Positions 36,071 to 45,028 of a stretch of DNA of 55,186 bases are shown here, piece by piece. Both the position numbers and the translations under genes were made by a program. The stretch lies in contig JBAXAI010000025.1 in the NCBI GenBank assembly GCA_037142615.1, positions 1 to 55,186 of the forward strand, given 5' to 3'. Position 1 is the stretch's first letter. Each line of letters opens with the position of its first letter. This stretch comes from Spirochaetales bacterium (lineage in GTDB: Bacteria; Spirochaetota; Spirochaetia; JABEVK01). The notes beneath the pieces are model-generated. The model saw only the letters and a program-made list of their open reading frames with translations. It had not been told where the DNA came from and searched no databases.

Positions 36071-37152
36071 TCGGTCGTCTCCTTGAACTGAGTGATGCCG
36101 TGCACGCTGCCACCCGTAAAGGCCAGCGCGAACACCGACAAGATCGTGATATCGAGCCAGAAATAGGACGGATAATGCCCCAGTTGCACCGCGCTCGCGG
36201 CCGCCAGCCCGTAGTGCGCCGGGAAGACAAACTCCAGCCACTGCAGCCACGTGGGCATCAACTCGGCCGGGAACAGGAACCCGCCAAAGAACAACGGCAG
36301 AATCAGGAACGGTACAACGGCAAAGGCCCGTTCGCCCGCGTTGGTACCGGCGGCCAAGCCCAGGCCCGCCACCGCCCAATGGAGCACGAACACCAGCCCA
36401 GCGGCCCAGAACAGCTCGGCCGTGAAACTGAGCGACAGGAACCCCCACGTGACCGACACGAGGCCCACGTACAGCACCGTGCCCATCAGGGCAAACGAGG
36501 AAATATGCCCCAGCGCCTGGAGGGGGGCTTTTTTGGGTGCAAAGGCCTTGTCGGCCAACCGTTGGCGCGTCGCCAGCATCGAGAAAATGCCTGTGAGCAC
36601 CGAAGTCAGCAGCCCCAGGAGCGTCGCGACAAGGTAAGGCAGCGCCGAACCGAAACCGTCGGCGAGGGCGCCCAAATCAATCGGAATGGGAATGCTGTCG
36701 GCGCTCAGGCCTCCGTTTTCCTGGATAGCGGGGATGAAACCCTTGGCAAGGGCGGCGATGACCTCGAGCTTGGCCAGCGGGTTGTCGCCCACCACCTGGA
36801 TCTGGATCTTGGCCGGCAGCACGTAGGTGGGGTCGTCCTGCTTGATGAACATGTCTTCGGTCAGCTCTTTCGGAAACGTCAGCAGCGCCTTCACGGTACC
36901 GTTGGCCAGCAGCGCCTGCGCCTCGGCGGCGGTTTTGACGGTGGTGACCCGGAACACGTTGGCGTCGAGGGTTTTGACGAGCGTCTCGGGGACGTTGACC
37001 AAACCAGACCCGGGTAGGTTGAAACCGGCGTCTTCGTTGCTCACGGCCAACGGGTAGCTGTGCAACCCCTGCGTCAGCAACCAAAGCAACGTGGTCACGA
37101 TAACAAGCGGGGCAACGAGCAGGATGCCCAGAAACTTGCGGCTGGAATGCAT
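36067..37152 (-). CDS. ABC-2 type exporter permease
   Basis: LAVSNED extracytoplasmic domain; FFGGFLFPAELMPTWLQWL..P.HY; GGGAGG RBS. Confidence 0.85.
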   Translation of the reverse strand: MHSSRKFLGILLVAPLVIVTTLLWLLTQGLHSYPLAVSNEDAGFNLPGSGLVNVPETLVKTLDANVFRVTTVKTAAEAQALLANGTVKALLTFPKELTEDMFIKQDDPTYVLPAKIQIQVVGDNPLAKLEVIAALAKGFIPAIQENGGLSADSIPIPIDLGALADGFGSALPYLVATLLGLLTSVLTGIFSMLATRQRLADKAFAPKKAPLQALGHISSFALMGTVLYVGLVSVTWGFLSLSFTAELFWAAGLVFVLHWAVAGLGLAAGTNAGERAFAVVPFLILPLFFGGFLFPAELMPTWLQWLEFVFPAHYGLAAASAVQLGHYPSYFWLDITILSVFALAFTGGSVHGITQFKETTE

Positions 37153-37175
37153 AGTACCTCCCATAAAGCGAGACT

Positions 37176-37200
37176 AATCCAAGGATTCAATCAATGGATT
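37176..37200. promoter_or_regulatory. Tandem palindromic operator, likely for the TetR of this operon
   Basis: AATCCAAGGATT (37176-87) and AATCAATGGATT (37189-200) just upstream of the ABC-2 gene. Confidence 0.55.
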
Positions 37201-37205
37201 GGAGT

Positions 37206-38774
37206 CTAGTCTTCGGGAACGGATCTGTCAACCCAAACCTGATTGCGGCCGTTTTCTTTGGCGAGGTACAGGGCTTGGTCGGCACGGTGCACCCAGTCCT
37301 CGGGGCGATCGACCTTGACCTGCCCGATCCCCAGGGCTGAGGTGACCCCAAAGCTGGCGGTCACCGCGATGGGCTCGCCGTTCCATTCCAGGGGGTTGGC
37401 CTCGATGTGGCTGCGCATGCGCTCGAGGAGCACCAGGGCCTCGGCCGACGAGGTTCCCACCATCAGGACCGTAAACTCCTCGCCGCCCCACCGGGCCAAC
37501 TGGTCCGAGGTGCGCAAGCAAGACGACCAAAGGCGGGTTACGTGTGCCAGCACCGCGTCGCCGGCATCGTGTCCCCAACTGTCGTTCACGCGTTTGAAGT
37601 GGTCGATGTCGGCAATGGCCAGCGAAAAGGTCCCGCCGTAGCGTTTGATCCGCTCAGCCTCGTCCTTGAGACGCTCGAGGAAGGCACGGCGGTTGGGCAG
37701 CGAGGTCAGCTCATCGGTCCGCGCCAAGTGCGACAGCCGCTGCGAAAGCTCCTCGCGCTGCGTGATGTCGGCCAGCAGATAGATATCACCCGTCTTGCGG
37801 CCCCGGGCATCCTTGAGTGGCGAACGGTCCACCTGAAACACCCGGGGCTCTTCGCCTTCCTGGCGCCACACGGCTTCTTCTTCGACCCCGGCGCTGACGA
37901 AACGGGCCAGAGTGGGCTCCAGCCTGGCCAGAGCTGCCACCGGAGTGCCCACGAGGTCGGTCGACAACTTGGGAACAATCCGAGTCATCGCTGGGTTCAG
38001 GCCTGCCAGCCGACCCTGAGTGTCGACCACCAGGACGCCTTCGCGCATGTTTTCAAACACCTGATCGAGAACCAGAGGCATGTGGTCGAACAGCCCGAAC
38101 CGGAACAACGCCACGGCGAAGAACACGGCGGACAGGCTGATGCCGAACGGAGCGGTGTCGAGACCCCAGGGGCTGAGCCCCATTTGGTACCACACCATGC
38201 CCGACCAAGGGAGAAGCGAGGCCACGAGGAGCAGACGCAACGCGCTTTTTTGCGTCTTGGCGCCTTTGCGCGACGCCTGCCACGCCACCAACGTGCTGCC
38301 GAACAGGCACACGTTCATGTACACCATGTTCAGCATCCAGAACGGGCCCTTTTCCAGCGTAGGAACCGAGAACGGCCCCCGTTGCGTCAGTGCGATGCTG
38401 GTATAAAACAAATGATGAAAGGCGTTGGACGCCACCAGCAGGATGGTGAGAACCGGAACGATAAACAACAGCGTGACCCCAAAGGTCGAAATCGCACGCG
38501 CACCCCGGGTGGCCGACACCGAAGTGAGGAACAACAGAGGACCAATCGTGGCAATGCCCACGTATTCGAGCGTCAGGGCCGAAAGAGCCTGCTCGGGCGA
38601 GCCCGACGTGATTTCCAGCAGCGAACCCCAGGCGTAGAACACGCCCGCCAGGTTGACGAACGTGAAGGCGAGCCCCCCCGGCGCACGCCGCCGGAAGAAG
38701 GCCATCGCCGCCACGCCGAAGGACAGCACAATCGACGCCACCAAGGCACTGCTGTACAGGAGCAACGGCGACAT
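37206..38774 (-). CDS. HisKA_7TM-PAS-GGDEF diguanylate cyclase
   Basis: 7 TM N-terminus, PAS (MREGVLVVD), TDELTSLPNRR, DIDHFKRVNDSWGH, RWGGEEF, RTSD I-site. Confidence 0.93.
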   Translation of the reverse strand: MSPLLLYSSALVASIVLSFGVAAMAFFRRRAPGGLAFTFVNLAGVFYAWGSLLEITSGSPEQALSALTLEYVGIATIGPLLFLTSVSATRGARAISTFGVTLLFIVPVLTILLVASNAFHHLFYTSIALTQRGPFSVPTLEKGPFWMLNMVYMNVCLFGSTLVAWQASRKGAKTQKSALRLLLVASLLPWSGMVWYQMGLSPWGLDTAPFGISLSAVFFAVALFRFGLFDHMPLVLDQVFENMREGVLVVDTQGRLAGLNPAMTRIVPKLSTDLVGTPVAALARLEPTLARFVSAGVEEEAVWRQEGEEPRVFQVDRSPLKDARGRKTGDIYLLADITQREELSQRLSHLARTDELTSLPNRRAFLERLKDEAERIKRYGGTFSLAIADIDHFKRVNDSWGHDAGDAVLAHVTRLWSSCLRTSDQLARWGGEEFTVLMVGTSSAEALVLLERMRSHIEANPLEWNGEPIAVTASFGVTSALGIGQVKVDRPEDWVHRADQALYLAKENGRNQVWVDRSVPED

Positions 38775-38782
38775 AGGGCTAG

Positions 38783-40861
38783 CTAGGCTTCATGGTCGCC
38801 CGCCTTGCGGTGGGCCTGGTATTCCTTCACCAGCGGCTCGGTATCCTTGGCACTGAGCGGACTGTAATGGTCAAACTCAGCCTCAAAGGCCCCCGTGCTG
38901 CTCGTGAGCGCCTTGAGTTGCAGGGCGTATTGCTGAATCTCGGCCTGGGGCACTTGAGCCTTGACGATGATCAGGTCGCGCCCCCAGCTTTCCTGACCCA
39001 GCACCTTGCCACGGCGGCCCGAAAGGTCGGCCAGAACGTCGCCCAGGTACTTTTCTTCGATAAACACCGAAAGGTTCATGATGGGCTCGAGCAGGATGGG
39101 GTTTGCCGTCGACATGGACTCACGGAAGGCCCCGCGTGCCGCCAGTTTGAAGGCCAGTTCGGAGCTGTCGACGGCGTGCTCCTTGCCGTCCTGCAGGTTG
39201 GCGGCGATGTCGACCATGGGATAGCCGGCCAAAAAGCCTTCGGCCATGGCCTCCTGAACGCCCTTTTCGATGGCTACAAAATAGCCCTTCGAGATGCCTT
39301 GGCCCTTGAGCGTGCTGCCAAACGTGAAGCCTGAAGCGCGAGGCAGGGGCTTGAAGTCCATGATCACCTTGCCGTACTGACCGTGACCGCCGGTCTGTTT
39401 CTTGTGCGTGTATTCGGCCTCGGCGGCCTTGGTGATGGTTTCGCGGTACTTGATGCGCGGCGGCTTGGTCAAAAAGTCGATCTTGGCGGTGCGCAGCTTG
39501 TCGAGCACGATGGCCATTTGCAGTTCGCCCAGCGCCGAAAGGATGGTCTCTTTGGTGTCGTGGTGGTAGTGCACGTTGAAGGTTGGGTCCTGTTCGGATT
39601 CTTTCACCAGCATCTGGGTGAGGCGGTCGTCGTCCTTTTGCAGTTTGGCCGAAATCGTGGTCGAATGGACCGGCCGGGGAAGTTCCAGCGGCGAGTAGTG
39701 GATGACGTCGTCGGCCTGGCACAGCGTGTCGTTGGTTTTCAGGTCGTCGGAACGGGACAGAATACCGACGTCGCCGGCGTCGAGCTCGTCGGTCTCGATG
39801 AGCTTTTTGCCCACGCTCAGCATCACCTTGCCGATCTTGACGGTCTTGCCGATGCGGGGAATGTAGGCCTCGGTGTTGTGGCTGAGTTTACCCGTCACCA
39901 CTTTGATGTAGCTCAGGTGACCGGCGAACTGGTCGATCGTCGTTTTGAACACCAAGCCGCTGAAGGCGCCGTCGGAGCTGATGATGCGTTCTTTTTCACC
40001 GGTGACGCAGGGCTCGACCACGTGGAAGGGCGAGGGGCTGTCCCACGACAAGAAGTCGAGCAGAGGAACCAAACCCGAACCTGCCAGCGCCGAACCGCAG
40101 AACACCGGCACAAACTGGTTGCTGGCCAGGCCGAGCTGAAGGCCTTTCTTGATGTCTTCGGTGTCGAGGTCGTCGGTGTCGGCGAACTTTTCGAGCAGCT
40201 CTTCGTCGGCTTCGGCGGCTTCTTCGACCAGCGCGTAGCGGGCTTTTTTCGCTTCGGCCAAAAAGTCGCTCGGGATCTCGATGGCCACCTCGGGGTTGCC
40301 GCCGGCGTTGAACTTGTAGGCCTTCATGTCGAGCAGGTTGATCACCCCGCGGTGGTCTTGGTCGTGGCCCAAGGGAATGGTCACGGGCAAGAACGGCACG
40401 GGGAACTTGTCTTTCAGGTCTTCGAGGGTTTTCCAAAAGTCGCTCGAGGCTTTGTCGACTTTGTTGATGTACACCATGCGCGGCATCGAGTGGTCGGTCA
40501 GGTAGCGCCACAGTTTGAGGGTTTCGATCTGCACGCCCGAGCGGGCGCCGACCACGAGCAGGGCCGACTCGCAGGCCCGGAAGGCGGCGATCACTTCGCC
40601 GGCAAAATCGGCCGAACCGGGGGTGTCGAACAGGTTGATCTTGGTGTCTTTCCACATCAGGTGGCTGAGCGTGGTGTGGATCGAGATGCCGCGTTTGATC
40701 TCTTCGTCGGTGAAGTCGCTCACCGAACGACCGGTCTCGACCGCCTCGGCCTTGGCGATGACTTTTCCGTGGAAAAGCAGTTGTTCGGTCAGGCTAGTCT
40801 TGCCTGTTCCTGTGTGACCAACGAGGGCCACGTTCCGCAATCGGCGAATATCCGCAAGCAT
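38783..40861 (-). CDS. fusA: Elongation factor G-like paralog (EF-G2 type)
   Basis: GHTGTGKT, RGISI, DTPG, NKVD, KKQTGGHGQY, DSSELAFKLA, LLEPIM; divergent G1/G3 motifs. Confidence 0.9.
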   Translation of the reverse strand: MLADIRRLRNVALVGHTGTGKTSLTEQLLFHGKVIAKAEAVETGRSVSDFTDEEIKRGISIHTTLSHLMWKDTKINLFDTPGSADFAGEVIAAFRACESALLVVGARSGVQIETLKLWRYLTDHSMPRMVYINKVDKASSDFWKTLEDLKDKFPVPFLPVTIPLGHDQDHRGVINLLDMKAYKFNAGGNPEVAIEIPSDFLAEAKKARYALVEEAAEADEELLEKFADTDDLDTEDIKKGLQLGLASNQFVPVFCGSALAGSGLVPLLDFLSWDSPSPFHVVEPCVTGEKERIISSDGAFSGLVFKTTIDQFAGHLSYIKVVTGKLSHNTEAYIPRIGKTVKIGKVMLSVGKKLIETDELDAGDVGILSRSDDLKTNDTLCQADDVIHYSPLELPRPVHSTTISAKLQKDDDRLTQMLVKESEQDPTFNVHYHHDTKETILSALGELQMAIVLDKLRTAKIDFLTKPPRIKYRETITKAAEAEYTHKKQTGGHGQYGKVIMDFKPLPRASGFTFGSTLKGQGISKGYFVAIEKGVQEAMAEGFLAGYPMVDIAANLQDGKEHAVDSSELAFKLAARGAFRESMSTANPILLEPIMNLSVFIEEKYLGDVLADLSGRRGKVLGQESWGRDLIIVKAQVPQAEIQQYALQLKALTSSTGAFEAEFDHYSPLSAKDTEPLVKEYQAHRKAGDHEA

Positions 40862-40940
40862 GGGGGCTTCCTTGTGAAAGACGATGTTATTCACAAGCCT
40901 AATGCGGATTTCCTCAACGCGCAACGAGAAGGTTTTGCGA

Positions 40941-41630
40941 CTAGAAGCCCGCTCCGAGCGCCGAACAGAGGAACCGCATGTACGGGGTCGAGGCCTGGAA
41001 CTTCGCGGTCAGGAGCTCGACCAGTTTCGGGGTCCCGAAGTCCTCGTGCCTCAGCGGCACACTGAGCAGAAAGTCCTTGCGCTTGAGATCGACCGCAGCC
41101 CTGTGCCCGGGGTCAAAGCCCTTGGGCATACGCTTGGCCGAGTCGCCCTCGGGGTGCATGCCGCTCGAAGCCATCGAGTCACCGAGCGCCAGCAGGTACT
41201 CGTCGGGCCGGTCGGCGATGGCCTGACGGATTTTGAGCAGGTCGGCCGGCTCGGGGTGCCAGGTCCCGGCTCCCACAAAGCATTCACGGAGGTCGAGGTG
41301 CACATACCAGCCCGGCGCGTGCACGTCGGCGGCGAACTCATGGCGGAACTGGATGCCCAGGTTGGTCTTGTAGGGCGTTTTGTCGTGGGCAAAGCGGGTG
41401 TCACGGTAAATGCGCATCATCGAGCCGCCCACTTTTTTGGCCACACCCCGGTAGCGCGGGCTGATAGCCCGGACCACGGCGTCGAGGTCGGTGATGAGCG
41501 CCAGCGCCGGTTCGACCACGTAGCGCTCGTAGTCGCCCTTGTGCGCCGCGAACCACTCGCGGTCGTTGTTGTTTTCGAGTCCCGCGAAAAAGTGCATCGT
41601 TTCGTTGGGAAAGCCGGTGAAGGTTGCCAT
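40941..41630 (-). CDS. DUF2461 (TIGR02453) family protein
   Basis: NNDREWF, MRIYRDTRFAHDKTPYK, GWYVHL, KRMPKGF. Confidence 0.9.
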   Translation of the reverse strand: MATFTGFPNETMHFFAGLENNNDREWFAAHKGDYERYVVEPALALITDLDAVVRAISPRYRGVAKKVGGSMMRIYRDTRFAHDKTPYKTNLGIQFRHEFAADVHAPGWYVHLDLRECFVGAGTWHPEPADLLKIRQAIADRPDEYLLALGDSMASSGMHPEGDSAKRMPKGFDPGHRAAVDLKRKDFLLSVPLRHEDFGTPKLVELLTAKFQASTPYMRFLCSALGAGF

Positions 41631-41732
41631 GCGGCAACACTAACCAAAGGACAGAAAAAGGGCAAACCCCACCCCAGTTTTCTTGACCGCCTGAACTTCT
41701 GCCGGGATAATTCAGGGGCGGGGGAGAGGTCT

Positions 41733-42854
41733 ATGCGCACGTTTTTCACACTGCTGGCTCTGGTGATTTCGGGCACGCTGTTTGCTGCCGAAGACGACGC
41801 CCGTTTTGCGCTCGTCATGGGCAATTCCGCTTACGACGGTGATGCGGCGCTGGCCAACGCGGCCAACGACGCCAACGACATGGCCGCCGCGCTGGGCAAC
41901 ATCGGTTGGAAGGTCACCAAACTCATCAACGGCGACCGCAAAGCCATGAACCGCACGCTGGTCGCCTTCCGCGACGACATGGCCAAGGCCACCAACCCCT
42001 CGGTGCTGTTCTTTTATGCCGGTCACGGGGTGCAGATCAATGGTCAGAACTACCTGATTCCCGTCAAAGAGACGTTCGAGACCCCCGACGATGTGATCCA
42101 GGACGCCCTGGGTCTGCAAGATGTGGTGCAAGCTTTTGAGGACGCCAAGGTGGCCGTCGACATCATTATTCTCGATGCCTGCCGCGACAACCCGTTCGCC
42201 AAGAAGAACTCGCGCTCGCTTGGCGGCACGCGGGGCCTGACGGTGGTCAACAAAAGCCCGACCATCGACGGCTCGGCCATTCTGTTCAGCACCGCCCCCG
42301 GCGAAACCGCTTCGGACGGCAATGGACGCAACGGCGTGTTCACCCAGGCGCTGCTCAAGTACATCGACAGCGACCTGACCCTGCAGCAGATTTCGACCCG
42401 CGTCACCAAAGACGTGAAAACCGCAACCGGCGGCAAGCAGTCGCCGTACAACAGCATGAGTTTGAGTGACGACTTTTACCTGCTGCCCGTGTCGATGCGC
42501 TCCAAGGCTCCCGTGCTGACGCCCGCCCCGGCCATCACGTCTGCCCCAGCCACTACCCCTGCTCACGTCGCGGTAACCAAACCGATCGCCCCGAAGAGTT
42601 CCGGCGGCGGAAGCCTTTTGCCGCTCATTGGGTTCGGCACCGGTGGCGTCGCTGCTGCCGTAGCCGGGGCCTGCTACTATCTGGGCGCCAAAGCGTACGC
42701 GGACTACCGCTCTGCGACGGTGGCCTCGCAAGCTTCGGCCCTCAACGCCCAAGTGGGAATGTACAGCACGGGCCTGGTCGCTGCTGCGGCGACGGCGGGA
42801 CTCGGTCTCGTGGTGGGTGTGGTGTCGATGGTTCTCGACGGAGGCAGCCGTTGA
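41733..42854 (+). CDS. Secreted caspase-family (peptidase C14) protein with C-terminal hydrophobic helices
   Basis: Signal peptide; ALVMGNSAY, FFYAGHG and ILDACRDNP (His-Cys dyad), STAPG, NGVFT; P/T/A linker; GAGAGG RBS. Confidence 0.9.
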   Translation: MRTFFTLLALVISGTLFAAEDDARFALVMGNSAYDGDAALANAANDANDMAAALGNIGWKVTKLINGDRKAMNRTLVAFRDDMAKATNPSVLFFYAGHGVQINGQNYLIPVKETFETPDDVIQDALGLQDVVQAFEDAKVAVDIIILDACRDNPFAKKNSRSLGGTRGLTVVNKSPTIDGSAILFSTAPGETASDGNGRNGVFTQALLKYIDSDLTLQQISTRVTKDVKTATGGKQSPYNSMSLSDDFYLLPVSMRSKAPVLTPAPAITSAPATTPAHVAVTKPIAPKSSGGGSLLPLIGFGTGGVAAAVAGACYYLGAKAYADYRSATVASQASALNAQVGMYSTGLVAAAATAGLGLVVGVVSMVLDGGSR

Positions 42855-45028
42855 TCTACCGGCTTGTCGGCGCCTTGGGAGTCCTTTTGCTCCTCGCGGG
42901 CTGCAGCAGCGCCTTCGGCGCGCTCGATAGCCCGTACGACCCCGCGACCCCCTCGCGGCCGGTCGTGACCGTGGTATTTGACCCCAACGGGGCGTTGGCG
43001 GGTACCGTGCCCGTCGATGCTGCCAAGTACGGCCCCGGTGACGAGATCACCCTCCCGGGCAACACCGGCAACCTCGTCAAGCCCGGCTACCAGTTCGACG
43101 GTTGGCGTGCCAAGGCCGACGGCAGCGGCGATCTGCTGGTACCGGCTGCCAAAGTCGCTCTGCCCGCGACCAGCTGGACCTTGTATGCCGACTGGGTGGC
43201 GGACTCCGCTTGGGTGCCAACTTCGGTGAGCGGGGCCATCACGGGCCCCTCGGCACCGGTCGACAACACAATTACCGTTGCAGGGCCGACTACCGCGTCG
43301 TTTGGCTCAGCGAGCACCTTTACGGCCACGGCGCCTGGTACTCCCACAGGCTACCAGTGGTACGTCAGCGGAACCGCCGCCAGCGGGGCAACGTTCGCCA
43401 CCTTCGCCTGGACCCCTGTGCAGGGGACAGACCTCGTCGGCAACAACCTCGTCAGCGTCGCGGTGCTCTACGGCAAAGCCTCGTACAGCGCGTCGACCAA
43501 GGTCAACTTGCTGCCGCCCTCGGAGGCGTGGGCCCGGACGGTGGTGTCGGGGGCGAGCACGAGTTACTTCTACGGCGTCGCGACCGATTCGGCTGGAGCC
43601 GTGATCACCGTGGGCTACCAAGGTACTGCGGGGGCTTTCTTGTACTCGCCGGCCATTCCTTCCCCGCTGCTTCTTGGGCGCGACCAAGGCAGTTCGACCA
43701 GCTTCAACTCCAGCATTGTTAAGTACGACAAATACGGAACCGTCGCTTGGGTCCGAACAACGGCGGGAACGCCGGGGAGCGACACCAGCAACAGCCAATT
43801 CTCGTCGGTCGATGTTGATTCCACGGGAAACCTCTTCGCGGTGGGATACCAAGGCCCGACGCAGTCGTACAAAGACACCGCCGCGGGCAGCAGTCCGCTT
43901 ACGGTCACTGGTGCCGGTTCCACCAACACCGCAAGCCAGGGCAATCCGGCCATTGTGTCGTTCAGCCCAAGCGGCGCACCGCTGAGGGGCGGTTCACCAA
44001 CTTCGACGGTTGCAACCGCATTGGCTGGCGGATGGTTCAAGGGCGTGAAAGTCCACGGACCCTACGCCTACGCTGTCGGCTATCAGAAAAACATTGGTTC
44101 CTACACGTACGGCGGTACAACCACCAAGACAATTACCGGGGCGTCGAGCTCGTCCAACGCCATGATCGTCGCCTACGATACGGGTTCACTCAACGCCGCA
44201 GCCGCGGCCGCCGTTCAGGGGCCATCGACCGGAATCAGCCAGTTCAACGGCGTGACGACCAATACAGCGGGTGATGTGTACGCCTGCGGCACTCAGAACG
44301 ACACGGCCAGCTACAGTTACTCCTCTTCCGGCGGACCAGCGTCCGTGGCGGGATTCGCTCAAGGTACCTCTGCCACCAATGCTGTACTCGTCAAGTACGA
44401 TTCCTCGCTCAATGCGCAATGGGCAAAGTCCGTGCTCCAATTGAGTTCGTCGGCACCTGCTACCGCGTTCACCGCGGTGGCGACAGATTCCGCAGGAAAC
44501 GTCTACGCCTGTGGCTATGTGACGGGAACGACGGCCGTTGGGTTTGGAAGCTCACCACCCGACTTCACCAGTTCCGTGCAAGTGACTGGAACTTCGACAG
44601 CCAACAACGCATTGCTGGTGAAGTACGACAGTCTAGGAAACCCCCTGTGGGCCAAGACGGTCCTGGTTGGCCCGTCGGAAAGCCGGTTCGATTCGGTGGC
44701 GGTCGACAGTCAGGGCAACGTCTTTGTCGGGGGGCGGCAGTTTGCCGGCGACTTTGACTACGGCTCCGGAATTGTCGCCGGTCCCAGCGGCGTCAACGGC
44801 AGTTCTGTGGTGGTCAAGTACAGCCCTTCCGGAGCCGTGCTCGGCGTCAAGGTGGCCACCGCCGCCGCCGGCTTCAACCGCTACTTTGCGGTCGCCGTCG
44901 ATGCGTCCGACAAGTTGGTGGCTGCCGGCGTCGCGAACGGCATCGGGACCTTCACCTTCGGGACTGGTCTGACGACCTCGCCGACATCCGACTTTAGTAG
45001 CGCCATGGTGGTCAAGTATGGGTACTAG
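42851..45028 (+). CDS. Lipoprotein with InlB B-repeat and beta-propeller (SBBP-like) repeats
   Basis: LLAGC lipobox; FDPNG..GNTGNLVKPGYQFDGW..LYADW; repeated VATDSAGNVY..G / VKYDS.G..WAK. Confidence 0.8.
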   Translation: MIYRLVGALGVLLLLAGCSSAFGALDSPYDPATPSRPVVTVVFDPNGALAGTVPVDAAKYGPGDEITLPGNTGNLVKPGYQFDGWRAKADGSGDLLVPAAKVALPATSWTLYADWVADSAWVPTSVSGAITGPSAPVDNTITVAGPTTASFGSASTFTATAPGTPTGYQWYVSGTAASGATFATFAWTPVQGTDLVGNNLVSVAVLYGKASYSASTKVNLLPPSEAWARTVVSGASTSYFYGVATDSAGAVITVGYQGTAGAFLYSPAIPSPLLLGRDQGSSTSFNSSIVKYDKYGTVAWVRTTAGTPGSDTSNSQFSSVDVDSTGNLFAVGYQGPTQSYKDTAAGSSPLTVTGAGSTNTASQGNPAIVSFSPSGAPLRGGSPTSTVATALAGGWFKGVKVHGPYAYAVGYQKNIGSYTYGGTTTKTITGASSSSNAMIVAYDTGSLNAAAAAAVQGPSTGISQFNGVTTNTAGDVYACGTQNDTASYSYSSSGGPASVAGFAQGTSATNAVLVKYDSSLNAQWAKSVLQLSSSAPATAFTAVATDSAGNVYACGYVTGTTAVGFGSSPPDFTSSVQVTGTSTANNALLVKYDSLGNPLWAKTVLVGPSESRFDSVAVDSQGNVFVGGRQFAGDFDYGSGIVAGPSGVNGSSVVVKYSPSGAVLGVKVATAAAGFNRYFAVAVDASDKLVAAGVANGIGTFTFGTGLTTSPTSDFSSAMVVKYGY

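Noticed and set aside
40872-40896. Rex operator upstream of the EF-G paralog
   Set aside because: Half-sites match TTGTGAA/TTCACAA but the spacer is 11 nt rather than 4
1767-41065. Long antisense ORFs (e.g. 1767-3893, 9698-11356, 17725-19656, 29981-32500, 39383-41065)
   Set aside because: Shadow ORFs opposite well-supported genes, expected from high-GC codon bias; no recognisable motifs
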